A DNA stretch of 64,000 nucleotides, from positions 31,682,001 to 31,746,000 of the forward strand of contig NC_043012.1 in the NCBI RefSeq assembly GCF_006345805.1, given 5' to 3'. Position numbers and translations under genes: made by a program. The stretch's first letter is position 1, and each line of letters begins with the position of its first letter. Below the pieces are notes generated by a model. That model made no database searches and was not told where the DNA came from. It saw only the letters and a list, made by a program, of their open reading frames with translations. Source of the DNA: Octopus sinensis (lineage: Eukaryota). Positions 1 to 14,152 of this stretch are shown in pieces.

Positions 1-79
1 AATAAGTAATGTAAAATTGTAATATCCGTAAGTTGATAAACGAGATGAATTTGTTTCTCCATTTTCTTATTTGTATTAT

Positions 80-111
80 ACACACACGCACGCACCACAC
101 ACACACACACA

Positions 112-200
<89 letters not shown>
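80..200. repeat. (CA)n/(TA)n microsatellite
   Basis: Direct reading; explains the HT/YI ORFs at 71-399. Confidence 0.95.
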
Positions 201-269
201 CTGTAGCACAATTACTTTTTCTCAACACAGAAAAAGTAATTGCTCCAGTTACATTATCCCAAAACAAAC

Positions 270-380
270 CGAAAAAGAGAAAGATGCCACATTTAAACGA
301 TGTCTGGACAAATTTCTTCAAGGGATGCCAGGCTAGGGACATATTTGGATACATCTCAGTCAACAAATACTTCACTAATT
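270..380 (+). mobile_element. Degenerate 3' end of a CR1/L2-group LINE
   Basis: 289-330 reads TFKRCLDKFLQGMP, resembling the FKxxLDKFL C-terminus of CR1-type ORF2; a similar motif occurs near 52660. Confidence 0.4.
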
Positions 381-796
381 GAATGGGCCATGATTTCACA
401 AAACTTGATTTTAAAACTCACAGATTGTATTAGTTGGGTCCTACATGTGTCGTCGGTAACTTATTGACTGAAATATATCTAAGATTTATCTAAGTTTATA
501 AAACATTTTACTGCTCATTCTACTTCGAAACTTGGACCTTCAAGATGTTGCGTTATATTTCCTTCATTTCATCAATATTACGAAATATTTGCATCGCATG
601 CGTTAATATCTGTGGTTTCAATGAATTAGTGTAAAAGATATTAATGGTTTTCAATATTTTCAGAGCTGCTGTATCAGGCTTAGCGTTCTTAGATACAATT
701 TAGACAACTATATTCGTATGTCCAAGTACAATCGTGTAATTGTCAATAAACAAAAAGGGTTTCCATATATTTCTGTATGTGCATGCTTGTGTGTGC

Positions 797-817
797 ATAT
801 ATATATATATCTATCTA

Positions 818-897
<80 letters not shown>

Positions 898-914
898 ATC
901 TATCTATCTATCTA

Positions 915-962
<48 letters not shown>

Positions 963-968
963 TATATG

Positions 969-1062
<94 letters not shown>
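797..1062. repeat. (TATC)n + (TA)n compound microsatellite
   Basis: Direct reading. Confidence 0.95.
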
Positions 1063-1066
<4 letters not shown>

Positions 1067-1675
1067 TGTACACACATATACATATGAAAACAACACGATA
1101 TTCCGACATATTTCGTTATAATCTTCATTGCTAATTTTTGACATGAAGCTAAATTTGGCGTAGATTACATCTAACCGTTCGTATTGCTACTTTTATATTA
1201 TAACACCGCTTAAGTTTAATAACCTGATGCTATCTATTTTTAGATGTTACGTTATGAAATAGGTTTTGACATAATACCGTTGTTCCATCTTGGTGGTGGA
1301 GATGTTTACTTAAGTAATTAGAATTTAATTGATGTTTCTAAGATTCAGAGAACGTTTCTATTTCAGGGTTTACTGATAATAATACTTTCGGAACAGATTG
1401 TATCTGAAGTGTAGCCAATGTTTCCAGCATATCTTGTGATATATCTCTCAAACATGATACAAGTTATTGAATATACATACATACATACACACACATACAC
1501 ATATATACACATATGTATATATATATATATATATATATCTATATATATATATATATACATATGTATATAACCTGCTTAATAGCTGTCAAATATGATAGAT
1601 TTTATTGAACACGTATACACGCACATGCTAACATATGCATACATACATACATACATACATATATATATATATATA

Positions 1676-1719
<44 letters not shown>

Positions 1720-1762
1720 TGTTTAATAGCTACAAACATATATTTCAACTACTTGTGTGTGT

Positions 1763-1832
<70 letters not shown>

Positions 1833-2443
1833 TATATATATACCCATCTATGTATGTATACACATCCATACACATTGATGCACTCACATATTACATTATT
1901 TATGATCTCTCAGTTGATTAGTTGTTCGTCTGCGTAGCAAGAGGATCTACATTCCGTATTGCCTTCAGTGCATCTTAAATATTTTATTCACATATTTTCT
2001 TTGTTTATTTTCTTTGAACGATTGACATTCGTTTCGATCAAGTTGGATCATATGAATACAACTTGCTAAGGAATCTAGAATCAATTAAATATTAAATTGT
2101 ATTGTATTTTGTTAACTTTAAGGAGGGAGGTATAGGAAAATATGTAATGAAAGTATTTCTCTACGAGAAAGTCAGTATCATTTACAGCGTAGTAGTATTG
2201 AAACCTGTATCCTTCACCGTCTTCTCCGTTAGATTCGCCATGTGATTCGGATACCGGGTAGCCAGCTTCCAATTATTGTCCTCATCAGCGAGATTGAGAC
2301 TGGGGGTGTAGGGCTCCTGGATTTCCAGAACTTCGTCTTCATCATAATCTCATTTTAAGCGTTCTCCCTTCCAATAGGTTGGAGGCCTTGGATGTTAATC
2401 GGAAGGCATGGAAATTCGTGAGTGATGCTGGACTAGGGCGGCA

Positions 2444-2677
2444 CATGAGGATGCGCGTGGCTTAGTAGTTAGTGTGGTGGACTCATGATAGTAGATTGCG
2501 GTTTCGAGCGGGCAATGCGTTGTGTTCTTGAGAAAAACACTTTATTTCACGTTGTTCCAGTCCACTCAATTGGCAAAAATGACTAATTCTGCGACGGACC
2601 GGCGTCCCATCCAGGTGGGGAATTTGTACGCCTTGGAATTGGGAAACCGGCATGACTTCAGAAGGTAACTTTACTTT
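2444..2677 (+). mobile_element. tRNA-derived SINE, diverged copy
   Basis: Box A-like TGGCTTAGTAGTTAG and a body shared with copies at 6147-6400 and 38967-39260 (GTTGTGTTCTTGAG..CACTTTATTTCACGTTG..CCAGTCCACTCA). Confidence 0.75.
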
Positions 2678-3163
2678 AGAGCAGCGCTTTGAAATGGAAT
2701 GCTGGGGGCTGCATGATGAGAGGAGGCGACGAGGTCATGAATACCCTGCGGCTATTGTTCGGGGTCACTTTTAGGCTCTCACTGTCACAGTGTCTGCCCC
2801 TCTCGTGTCAGTCTTGTTAGCCACGTCTGCTCCCGTGAGAAACAATGTGCCGAGGGGGAAGTTGGATAAATATCCTGGATCGATGCTGTGATGTGCAGTC
2901 AGTAGTAATGAAAAGATATAGAAATGGCGAAATAGATGGATAGGTGGACAGGCAGACAGGTAGACAGGCAGACAGGTAGATAGGTAGATAGATTTCTTTT
3001 GTCTTCTGTTATTAATGAGGTTGTTTGTCTTGCAATTTCAGCAGCAGATATATCAAAGATATTCAGCAGTTGCTACAAGGCTGTTGAGTCGTCCAAACAT
3101 TTTCGGCGATAAGAAAAACAACAAGGCCTATGTTGTGTGTGTGTATGTATGTATTTATATATA

Positions 3164-3221
<58 letters not shown>

Positions 3222-3223
<2 letters not shown>

Positions 3224-3560
3224 GGGTAAAGACCCCCTTCGGTCATGAATGACCATGGGATTGCACCTAGAAGTTACCCTCCTAGACACAAGTCCGGGCA
3301 AGGTTGTTTATGGAAGACCAGCAGTCGCCCATGCATACCAGCCTCCCCTCTCCACGCCACCAGTGTTATCCAAGGGAAAGACAAAGGTCGATACAGCTTG
3401 GCACCAGTGACGTCGCAACTCATTTCTACAGCTGAGTGAACTGGAGCAACGTGAAATAAAGTGCCTTGCTCAAGAACACAACACGCAGCCCGGTCCGGGA
3501 TTCGAGCTCACAACCTCACGATCGTAAGCTCGACGCTCTAACCACTGAGCCATGCGCCTT

Positions 3561-3562
<2 letters not shown>
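3222..3562 (-). mobile_element. Full-length tRNA-derived SINE (family A)
   Basis: Minus strand starts GAAGGCGCATGGCTCAGTGGTTAGAGCG (box A) with CTCGAATCCC (box B-like); nearly identical to 11725-12072; inserted in (TA)n. Confidence 0.9.
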
Positions 3563-3594
<32 letters not shown>

Positions 3595-3723
3595 CCATGT
3601 TTTTTTTCTTTTCATGATTTCAAAATCGTTCTAAGCTATTTGCCAAATGCTTCAGGGAAAAGCGTTATGATCATGAGGAATTGGGACTTTTTTGTTCTTT
3701 TTTGTAACAAAGGAAGAAGTTAC

Positions 3724-3803
3724 CTATGTTTGAGGGTGGATTCTGCAACAAGGACCGAGGACCAAGCCTCGGTGATAAACCAGGCAACGAATAAAATCTA
3801 CGT
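3724..3803 (-). CDS. Candidate 80-nt exon (unverified)
   Basis: cctgttttgcag|...TAG|gtaact; reads RRFYSLPGLSPRLGPRSLLQNPPSNI or VDFIRCLVYHRGLVLGPCCRIHPQT* depending on phase. Confidence 0.3.
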
Positions 3804-4326
3804 CTGCAAAACAGGAACAGTTCATAGAGATTTGGTTTCGAAATTTCGTTGACATGCATTTATTTTGTCGACATTATGATTTGAATACTTGTCCTTGACA
3901 CGGCCCAATGGGATTAAAATCAAAACAACGCAATTGCAAAGCGACTTTTTAGTTACACAGAACGTGTGTTATATGTGCATTAACGTTAATAAGGAGTGAA
4001 AGGTTATATCATTTATATAGAAAGTGACAGCCAGAAGAAAATGGAGAATAGGAAAAAAGAAGTAGATGCTATAATGAGATATATTTGGATTTATGGACTT
4101 TAGCAGCTTGACAAAGTCCTATATGTGTGTATTTAAATAACAAGGGTGAAAAATTGAATATTAATTTTTATTAATATCAATTTAAAACCAGTGGCCAAGC
4201 ATATGGGGTCTACATCTAGCATAATAGATGTCCACTTAGTACTCTTATATGTATGTATGTATGTATTATGTATGTATGTATGTATGTATGTATGTATGTA
4301 TGTATGTATATATATATATATATATA

Positions 4327-4370
<44 letters not shown>

Positions 4371-4981
4371 ATATATATATAATATATTATATATATATAA
4401 TATATAATATATATATATAGACCCACACACTTAACTTAGCTAAGTTAAGTAATATGGTCGATGTTATCGCCTAAAGCCATCCACTCAAAATTGCTAGTGC
4501 TGTATCTAAGCTAGAAATGATTACTCTAAGCAGTTGAACCGCGATTCAGTTTGGAGACAAAATTCTTAAAACAAATGGAGGACGTCTTATACAATATACA
4601 TGTTATTTACCTAACAGGGAACATAAAGGCATTAAATATTTGTACAGCACTTTCTGCTGTATATATCCTGTTTTATGTGTGGTGAATCAGTAGTGAATAT
4701 GGGAATGTACTGTTAAATGTGTTTCCGGAGAAATATTAATCCGAATAATGAAGGGATCTAATCACACAGATACATAGATTAACCGCCATACTGAAATTTA
4801 ATACACAATTTGCTATTTTTATTGAAATTTAGTCTCATATATATTCGATGCACTTTATGAATACTGGGAATACATCCGCGATCACATACATAATTTATAT
4901 TCGTGGGTAAAAATTACGGAGAATATATTCATGAATATATGTATGTGGGTAAGGTGTGGGAGAATGTGAGTGGGTGTTTGA

Positions 4982-5422
4982 GTATGTATGTATGCATGCA
5001 TGCATGTATGTATGTATGTGTGTATGTATGTATGTATTATGTATGTATTTATGTATGTGTGTGTATGCATGTATATGTGTATGTATGTATTTATGTATGT
5101 ATATATTATGTATGTAGTTATGTATGTATGTGTGTGCATGCATGTATATGTGTCTGTCTGTCTGTCTGTATGTATGTATGTATATATTATGTATGTATTT
5201 ATGTATGTAAGTGTGTGCATGCATGTATATGTGTCTGTCTGTCTGTCTGTATGTATGTATGCATGTATATATTATGTATGTATTTATGTATGTAAGTGTG
5301 TGCATGTATGTATATGTGTCTGTCTGTCTGTATGTATGTATGTATGTATGTAAGTTTGTATGTATGTATGTATGTATGTATGTATGTATGTATGTATGTA
5401 TGTATGTATGTATGTATGTATG

Positions 5423-5455
<33 letters not shown>

Positions 5456-5456
5456 G
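4982..5456. repeat. (TATG)n-derived higher-order minisatellite (~76-80 bp units) plus pure (TATG)n
   Basis: Recurring unit TATATTATGTATGTATTTATGTATGTAAGTGTGTGCATGCATGTATATGTGTCTGTCTG..., about 4 copies. Confidence 0.85.
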
Positions 5457-5675
5457 TTGATATTTGTATTTGCACATTTCTGCCACTTAGTTTCTTAGTT
5501 TGTGTTTAGCAGTTAAGCAAATACTCGTTTTTGTTTATATTAATCCTTGTGACTATCGTTCTGGACAATTATGCACGTCCGGTTTGCCAGGTCCTTGCTT
5601 TTCATTTTTCATTTATATAGAAGTATGCGTTGTAAGTAGACTTTGATGATTCCAAATGATGCAACGTAGTTACTT

Positions 5676-5727
<52 letters not shown>

Positions 5728-6146
5728 TAGAGAGAGATCTTAGTATTTGATGTCATCTTACTTATCGAACCCTAAAAAATGTAAGTCAAATTCAACTACG
5801 AAGTCATTTGAATTCAGAACGGAGAGAACTGAAACAAACACTCTTCGTTTATGTTGGATGCTCTAACAACTTCGAATTTGCAACCTTACCCGACCTTATA
5901 ATATGCACCAATTTGCCACAGAAAAACAGCTCACGCATAGACCTATCACTCACTGGATAATTGCATTAATTTCTACCCTATGAATAATTCACCAGTTACA
6001 ATAGTAAACGTGTTACTATTTTGTATTTCCAGTTAGGGTTACTATTAACATATTTAACGCAGGGAACACTGAAAAGCTTAGGGGAGATAATTATGTGGTA
6101 GGAATATTAAATACTAGTTAATGCGCAATAATACTTAATTTATTTT

Positions 6147-6400
6147 GGCAAGCACGGCGTGTGGCTTAGTGGTTAGGGTGTTAAACACATGATCGTAAGG
6201 TTGTGGTTTCGATCCCTGGACCGGGCGATGCGTTGTGTTCTTGAGCAAAACACTTCATTTCACGTTGCTCCTGTCCACTCAGCTGGTAAAAATGAGTCAT
6301 CCTGCGACGGACCGGCATCCCGTCCAGGTGGGGAATTTCTGCGCCACTGAAACCGGGAAACCGGCCCTTGTGAGCCTGGCATGGGTCGAGAAGGAACTTT
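6147..6400 (+). mobile_element. tRNA-derived SINE
   Basis: TGGCTTAGTGGTTAGG (box A), GTTTCGATCCC (box B) and a body shared with other copies in the window. Confidence 0.85.
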
Positions 6401-8337
6401 TACAAGCACGGAATCAACTCCCTTCACATTTCTGTCTAATGTTTACTCTACCTGCGAGGCATAGCATTCACTGAACCGGTTGTGATATTGAATGGAGAAT
6501 TAGTGGCGAAGAATTCTTTGGAGAATAAAGAATTCTACTACCATAAAGTCTGCGAATCCGAAGGTTTCATGAGCCTTATGACTCAGGAATTGTTGTTGAG
6601 TGAAATAGCAAGAGATATCACATGTGTATTTCAATTCGTCTTTCTGCAGAAACTGTGTGTATTGTCTGGGATGGTTATTTTGATGTGATGTATTTGAAAT
6701 TAGCCCTTGTATGTTTCTCCCTCTCCCACTAACTGAAAACGCAGAGCCACATGTACGTGTGTGACGTGTGTAATAACTAGCACTACTTCTGGTGTGTGAA
6801 TGTATTTATGTCTACTTCTGTGTTGCATTATATATTAATATACATCTGTAAGGTTTATCAATGTGTCTAGTTGAAATGTTTGCATTACATAATATGCTTT
6901 TCTATTTGCTAAAGAACATATGCGCACTTGTACACGCCTACTTAAAGGAGATGTATACATGCACAAATGTTCATTCACACTACTTCATATACACTTACAT
7001 ATACACACAGACATATTACTTCGTTCAAAATCATACACAACAAAATCGATACTCAGAGAGTTTGGATCATACACAAAGACGCACGAGATTGACAAGTAGT
7101 CTAGATACAGATATATACACAAAAATGGAAATCATTTGAAATTACATATAGACAAGTACATAAAAACACACCCTAATGTAAATTATTATGGGTTCTCCGT
7201 TTGATGCACCTGTTTTGCCAGCAGTAATGTTTACACGTTATGAAAATATTCCTGTATTATATAGTTTGTCTTCATCTTTGATAACAATTTACCAAAACCG
7301 AATCGTTTTATCTGGCACTCCCTCTTCATCAAATATTATTCTATTAATTTTCCTATTTGTTTTATCTCTTATTATATGTTTGCACAATAACACATGTGTA
7401 AATAAATGTAGGAAATCAAAACAAAATTCGGAGTAAAAAAAAAAGAAAGTTTAAATTTGATATCTTATTAAAAGATAACTGATTCCAGTAAATTGCAGAA
7501 TAAACTTTGAAAATAACTCTTCAAATAACTCAGAAATAAAATATCAATATTACATCTGTCATCATGAAAATAAAAGATAAAATAGGACAAATGGTTTAAT
7601 TTTATAATAATTTTGCTCGGAGGTATTCTTTTCATCTATCAAAAGATTACGAATAGCGAAAACATTGTATTGAAAACAATATTTTGTTAAAATTCCCATT
7701 TAAGACAGCAGATTGTCTGCCGAGTTAATAGCAAAGATACTGAATAATATGTAGTAAATGTAGTTGAGTTACAATAGTTATTTCCTTTTGAGTAGATCTT
7801 TATAACTGAGGCTGTCGAGGTAATGAATCAAGGCAAATAATTCACTGTCTGCGTTGGACAGCAAGTTCAAACGAATTGGCCGTGTTGTCCACAAATTGAG
7901 TTGATAAAGAGATGGTAGGCAGAAATTGGCAGCCATATTGCATTCTCAATGAAATACGAGGCATTTTTACTTAACGCTGAGCATAAAGATTGTTTTCACG
8001 CTACACAAATTCTCTTGAGATACCTATGTTACATCATATACTTGGAAAAGTTTATTCCTAACCGAATACGCATACACGACACAGAAAATCCACGCAAACC
8101 GATATGAAGATACACACACTAATGTACACCCATACATCACGAGGAGGGTCACAGCTTCAATCTGTACCAGGTGCAAGTTTATAGAATTTTGTCAATAATG
8201 CAACAGAAAGTGTTATTTTTTTATCAACGATATCTTCATGTCTGAGACATGTATCTAAAAGTGCAGACATGTCAGGTGCTATGCAAGTGAAAAACTAATG
8301 TCTGTATACTACGAAATAATACCTTTATAAAATTAAT

Positions 8338-8625
8338 CACGTGATCACGTGACCGACCAGGCTATCAGATGTTGCTACACATCGCTGGTCACAATGCGTC
8401 TTGGCATTATTTTAGCCTTCAAATGACGCCACCCCGCTGGCTAAGCGAGCAGGCCAACAGAAGAAAGAGTGAGAGAAAGTTGTGGCGAAAGAGTACAGCA
8501 GGGATCGCCACCACCCCCTGCCGGAGCCTCGTGGAGCTTTAGGTGCTTTCGCTCAATAAACACTCACAACGCCCGGTCTGGGAATCGAAACCGCTGCACT
8601 TACCACTGGACCATTGCGCCTCCAC
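8338..8625 (-). mobile_element. tRNA-derived SINE (family B) with 13-bp TSD
   Basis: Head GGAGGCGCAATGGTCCAGTGG..GTTTCGATTCC on the minus strand; TTATAAAATTAAT at 8325-8337 and 8626-8638. Confidence 0.85.
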
Positions 8626-8867
8626 TTATAAAATTAATAATAAAACTAAATGAATAAGATTGCATTTTCGTGGAGAGAAATTTACGCAATATAATTGAGG
8701 TACCCTTAAGCGTGATAATTTGCTATTCACTTAATTTGAGACTGCCAGAAATTTGGTCTACATGTATGCTCCTTTTGATACAATTCCAAGTGCTACAATA
8801 AAAATAGGTAATTTTGTTGTTTTCAGATGCTATAGACTGATTTCCACCTTCAAGTTACAATATTTAC

Positions 8868-8913
8868 TCAATTTGTGGCACGTTTTCAGAGATGCGTTGG
8901 TCGTCTGCTGGGG
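8868..8913 (-). CDS. Candidate 46-nt exon (unverified)
   Basis: gaatttttcag|...TGA|gtaaat (weak donor); open as PADDQRISENVPQI or PQQTTNASLKTCHKL. Confidence 0.25.
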
Positions 8914-9009
8914 CTGAAAAATTCATCAAATGACATACCTTTTCAACAAGACATTTGACTATGATATTTAAGCGATTAGTCTTGAGTAGTACTTGATGCT
9001 GTTGTTATC

Positions 9010-9161
9010 ATTCTTCTTCTTCTTCTTCTTCTTCTTCTTCTTCTTCTTCTTCTTCTTCTTCTTCTTCTTCTCTTCTTCTTCTTTCTTCTTCTTCTTCTTC
9101 TTCTTCTTCTTCTTTCTTCTTCTCCTTTTTCTCCTCCTCCTCCTTCTTTTGCTATCGTTCC

Positions 9162-9221
<60 letters not shown>

Positions 9222-9222
9222 C
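9010..9222. repeat. (TTC)n/(CTC)n and (TTA)n microsatellites
   Basis: Direct reading; explains the poly-R/F/I ORFs. Confidence 0.95.
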
Positions 9223-9304
9223 ATTGACAGGTAAATGAAAACACTTCTAAATTGATTGTGACGTTATTTATTAACAAGTTTATATGATGCATTATAGCAG
9301 TTTT

Positions 9305-9390
9305 ACCATTTCTTTCTATGCAGGGCGTACATATATTCCAATCATCTTAAAACAATGAATGAACTTAAACAGTGCTTCAAAGATCAATAA
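9305..9390 (+). mobile_element. Tc1/mariner transposase C-terminal relic
   Basis: TTCTTTCTATG followed by a frame YIYSNHLKTMNELKQCFKDQ*, resembling the DFFLWGYLK..VY...PKT..ELK..I tail of mariner-type transposases. Confidence 0.4.
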
Positions 9391-10499
9391 CTTCAGGTAA
9401 GTTGCTTATTGTTATATGTTTCATAAATCTAATCAATTGATACATTTACCACTTTATATTAGCTTTAGTTGTTGCAGAACATACCCATTATTTCTACACT
9501 TCTTACATTAAACGCTTACTTTAAGTTTCTAAATTTAATTATTCCTTTTATATTATTTCTCATAGCTTCCATTCCACATAGATTATATGCTTTTTTTTTG
9601 TATATATGGGATTTATATAGCTATGTAAATATTTCAAAGTAAAAAAAAAAGCATCGCAGCAATCAAACAAGAGCTCATTGACTGCTTCATGTGCCACATG
9701 ACGCGTCAGCATGTAAGTTAGTCAACTTATATAGACCAACATTTAACTCTCGTTATACTTTGTCTAATTGTAAAGACTGTTAAAAAGACTAGACTTCGCT
9801 TAATTGGTTTTATACGATTGAACCCTGTCCATAGTTGTTATCTAGCACAGCTAACATGAAGTTTCATCACCCTCATAGAATCATGACTATGAAAGCCGAC
9901 ATTTTATAAAATTTGTTATATGTCAAATTTGTCACTCTTTACATTGAGCATCGCTAACAGAAGCCTTCAGATTTTTTTAGTTCATTAATATTCATCGAGA
10001 ATTTTGCATGCGTCATTCAGAATTGTAGTATAATTGCATTTATGTAAACTCATTGAACACTTCTCTCTATTTTTTTATACACTCGTACACTCATGTATTG
10101 AGCATTCTTAGGTAAAATTAATTGATGATGTTCAACTGCAATTTGTATACTTTGTCTACAGTACATAAACGCGTGCTTCTTTGCGGCTAAGAGGGTCTTT
10201 ACCGCTTTTTTTCTAGCAATGTGGGTTCTAATTTGTACTGTTAGTCATAATTAGTGAACTGAATTCCTATTTAGTTTTATATTGCTTATAGCCTCTTTCG
10301 TTACTACATATATATACATACACACGCACACACACACATATATATATATATATCTATCCATTGTTGTGTGTTTTTTCCGCTCGCTATTCCTGGGAGGGTC
10401 GTGGAGTTAGAGTCCTGAGGCACCTCTTTTATGACATCCTATCAGAAGCAAGTCATCTCACTTTCCGGCTGGATTCCCATGTGGTTGATAAGTAACCTT

Positions 10500-11225
10500 T
10501 TTTTATTTCCTTTAATTGGCCACAAGGGCCTTACACAGAAAGGAAGCTGCGAGCTGGACACATACACGCATAATGATATAAAAGACAAATGAAATGGTGA
10601 AAAATGAGGGCAACAGCAACGCCCGCCGATTGCTGTATACCCGAGCACATTATTCTTTTATAAAACATTTTGAGGCAATAAACCTCTTACAAAAACAGCA
10701 TTAAAGAGGCAATATACCTCTTACTACATTCGAAGCCACTTTGGGGCAATGAACCTCTTACTCAGATTTATTTAGGTATCAAAATTAGAATCTTCTTGCC
10801 CGACCAGACTCCACGCCTCAGAAAAATACCTGGACGGTTCCAAGTCGGGCTAATTCAACATAAATTTATAGGTATCCTTGGGGAAGGAATCCATTATCCT
10901 GAACAGGTCGTTCTCCCTCATGACCTTCGCAGCCACCTTCGAAGGCCAGTCAGGGTCCTTCGTGCAGGACAGGATCCCCTCCCTTCGGCCCTTCGTTTTG
11001 AGCTTGCTAACAAAGCGTTCCACTGTCCCTCTTTTATGGAAGAGGACCACAAATTCCTCCTCCATATTACGGAGGGGCGGTACAGTCTCGATCTTTGGTG
11101 GCACATCTCCCACCAAAGATGCTTCGGGACAGGCCGGCAGTGTATTACCAACCGCAGACGATGTCCCATTCTTCTTTTATTTCTTTTTTTTCTTTTGAGC
11201 CAAGGGAGGGTGGAGTTCCTACGTC
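10500..11225 (-). mobile_element. Internally deleted L1/Tx1-like element (ORF1-like fragment joined to 3' end)
   Basis: GC-richer 88-aa ORF 10850-11116; the minus-strand terminus CCTTGTGGCCAATTAAAGGAAATAA resembles the terminus CCTGTGTGGCCAATAAAGAAA at 31162-31182. Clade assignment is inference. Confidence 0.5.
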
Positions 11226-11229
11226 TTGT

Positions 11230-11447
11230 CCATATACAAACACATGCACACGCGCACGCACACACACACACATATAGACGACGGGCTTTTTTTCAGTTTT
11301 CGTCTACCAAATCTCCTCACAGGACTTTGGTCAGCCCGAAGCTATAATAGAAGAACACTGCCCAAAGTGACACGCAGTGGGATTGAACCAGGAATGAAAT
11401 GGTTGGGAAGGAAGTTTCTTACCACACAGCCACGTCTGCGTCTACGC
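11230..11447 (-). mobile_element. Partial SINE (family D, internal CA/TA tract)
   Basis: TCTACCAAATC..TCACA.GG.TTT...ACACT.GCCCAA block shared with 16085-16180, 54870-55008 and 60887-61041. Confidence 0.75.
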
Positions 11448-11598
11448 ACATTTATTTCACAACTTCGTTTTGTTGATGAATATACGATTATCTGGGTTAG
11501 ATTTTCACTGTCGTAGGTTGAAATATTCGAAAATGTTTATTTAGAAGAAAAGCAACAACAACAAAAAAAATCAAAATGAAACAACCAAACAAACATAC

Positions 11599-11649
11599 CA
11601 TACGGATCTTGTTCATATACCTGATAGGCTTCAGCAAAGGTAAATTTTT
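11599..11649 (-). CDS. Candidate 51-nt exon (unverified)
   Basis: cttatttttttcag|...ATG|gtatgt, both sites strong; length is a multiple of 3; open as KFTFAEAYQVYEQDPY or KNLPLLKPIRYMNKIRM. Confidence 0.4.
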
Positions 11650-11724
11650 CTGAAAAAAATAAGCAATAGATACCGATAAGTCGTGGTTAATTGAAAAAAA
11701 AAACTGTCGTTGGATTTAACTAAA

Positions 11725-12072
11725 TAAAGTAAAGTAAAGATCCCCTTCGGTCATGAATGACCATGGGATTGCACCTAGAAAGTTACCTTCCTAAACACAA
11801 GTCCGGGCAAGGTTGTTTATGGGAGGCCAGCAGTTGCTCATGCATACCAGCCTCCCCTCTCCACGCCACCAGTGTTATCCAAGGGAAAGACAAAGGTCGA
11901 TACAGCTTGGCACCTGTGACGTCGCAACTCATTTCTACAGTTGAGTGAACTGGAGCAACGTGAAATAAAGTGCCTTGCTCAAGAACACAACACGCAGCCC
12001 GGTCCGGGATTCGAGCTCACAACCTCACGATCGTAAGCTCGATGCTCTAACCACTGAGCCATGCGCCTCCAC
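11725..12072 (-). mobile_element. Full-length SINE (family A) with 14-bp TSD
   Basis: Near-identical to 3222-3562; TGGATTTAACTAAA at 11711-11724 and 12073-12086. Confidence 0.92.
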
Positions 12073-12639
12073 TGGATTTAACTAAAACTTTATAAAAATA
12101 TCACTTCAAAAAGCTGACATCTTAAAAGAATTTTCAGATTTTAATTCTACCAGAATTTAAGAGTAACAAGAATGTTGCAGATTATAATATTGATGTGCTG
12201 TAGATTTCAATGACACTTGTGTCTAATAGCTTATAATAGCATCAACCACTTTTCACCATAATTTTAGAAATACTAGACCGAAACCAATTACGCATCGACG
12301 TGAATAACAACTAATTTTACGCATTTGGAATGTATTGCAGACATAATCAATGCCAAAATAACTGGCGAAGGAGATACACGATAATGATTTATTATACAAT
12401 AATAATGATTTCTTACATAAGATAGTGATGAAGAGGATATGATAATGGAAAGCATAATAAATGGAAACAGTATTGAGAAGAGGGAAGGGAAAACAATATG
12501 GAACGGGAAATGAATGAGATAACGATGAGTTAATAAGAAGGGGAAACCTTTTACCCCAATTACGATTACCAATATCATTAGCTTGTGTCAAATCACTAAG
12601 CTAGCATAAACCGACCTCACCAACAAACTAGTAGCTTAC

Positions 12640-12960
<321 letters not shown>

Positions 12961-13513
12961 AAAAAATAACCTAACATGGTAATCAAAAGATGAGGTATAA
13001 TTGCATATGAGATGCAGACTTGCTAAATGCTATAAATAAATGGCGATCACAATAGAGATGAGATTAAACTCAATGCGGCACACTAAACTGTCCTGCAGTT
13101 CTTTAACACGTATTTTTCTTATCTTCTCAGGCTTTATGCCTGGAGTGGAAATAATAATTTCATTTTGTTTGATGTTCTTTAAATAAAATAATACGCAATT
13201 CAAGATGACGATGAGTGAACTATTGAAATGTAAAGCTAATAACGACTGAACGTATGTCATGCTGTTTCTTTTCATAATGCTTGAACCTGGTCTGAATTGC
13301 ATATTTCTGTTTACATTTTCTGAACAGAGAAGCATTGTGCAATTAGTCAAAGCAAATGAGATAACCGATAATGGATGAGAACCTTAAGTGAACTCGCGGC
13401 TCCATTGAACATATAATTGCCATTGCAACTCCTGTGTTTCGTAAATCTAAATGCATCACGCAGCACTTTCGTCATATTTATCGACATTTTTACGTAACCC
13501 AAATATCTCTAAC

Positions 13514-13747
13514 CTGTTTCTTTACTACCCACAAGGGGCTAAACACAGAGGGGACAAACAAGGACAGACAAACGGATTAAGCCGATTACATCGACCCCAG
13601 TGCGTAACTGGTACTTATTTAATCGACCCCGAAATGATGAAAGGGAAAATCGACCTCAGCAGAATTTGAACTCAAAGCGAAACGGCAGACGAAATACCGC
13701 TAAGCATTTCGCCCGACGCGCTAACATTTCTGCCAGCTCGCCGCCTT
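13514..13747 (-). mobile_element. tRNA-derived SINE (family C)
   Basis: Minus head AAGGCGGCGAGCTGGCAGAAATGTTAGCGCG..GAGTTCAAATTC; matches 57127-57526. Confidence 0.88.
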
Positions 13748-14088
13748 ATATAATATCTCTAACCATCGATGTAATTACCACTATATCGGAGGCCGCTCGT
13801 AAATCAAAATCCATGCTCTTGTATTTATACACAATAAATTTTTATCATTTGTTTGTGCTTGATAATTGAACATGTACAAAACGAACAGCTCACACTGCTC
13901 ATTAACTGATGATATTTGCATGGTAGAACTATCAGTCCGACGCATGTTCTCAAAAGGCTTGTAGCAATAAAGCGTTTGTAAATGCAAGTTAGAAGAAAGT
14001 TCTTGCATAGAATTAATTATAATCAGGTAAACGAATAATCAGGTAACATTGATATTTTATATTGACCTGAAATAGTTGATTTGATCTC

Positions 14089-14152
14089 AGTGTACGACTA
14101 GAATAGTGTACGACTAGAACAGTGTACGACTAGAACAGTGTACGACTAGAAC
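14089..14152. repeat. 16-bp tandem repeat x4 (AGTGTACGACTAGAAC)
   Basis: Four consecutive units with one mismatch. Confidence 0.95.

Noticed and set aside
520-720. Possible PIF1/Helitron helicase relic on the minus strand
   Set aside because: Only vague similarity, with stops and no diagnostic motif.
2081-2440. GC-richer acidic ORF fragments
   Set aside because: Frameshifted and interrupted by a SINE; probably an old retroelement, family not assignable.
9324-9396. Plus-strand exon-like segment with CAG|gtaagt donor
   Set aside because: All three frames contain stops; better explained as a mariner relic.
13030-13350. 106-aa minus-strand ORF with internal acceptors
   Set aside because: No convincing donor and no recognisable domain.
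14089-14152. Regular repeat resembling a CRISPR array
   Set aside because: No spacers, eukaryotic context, no cas genes.
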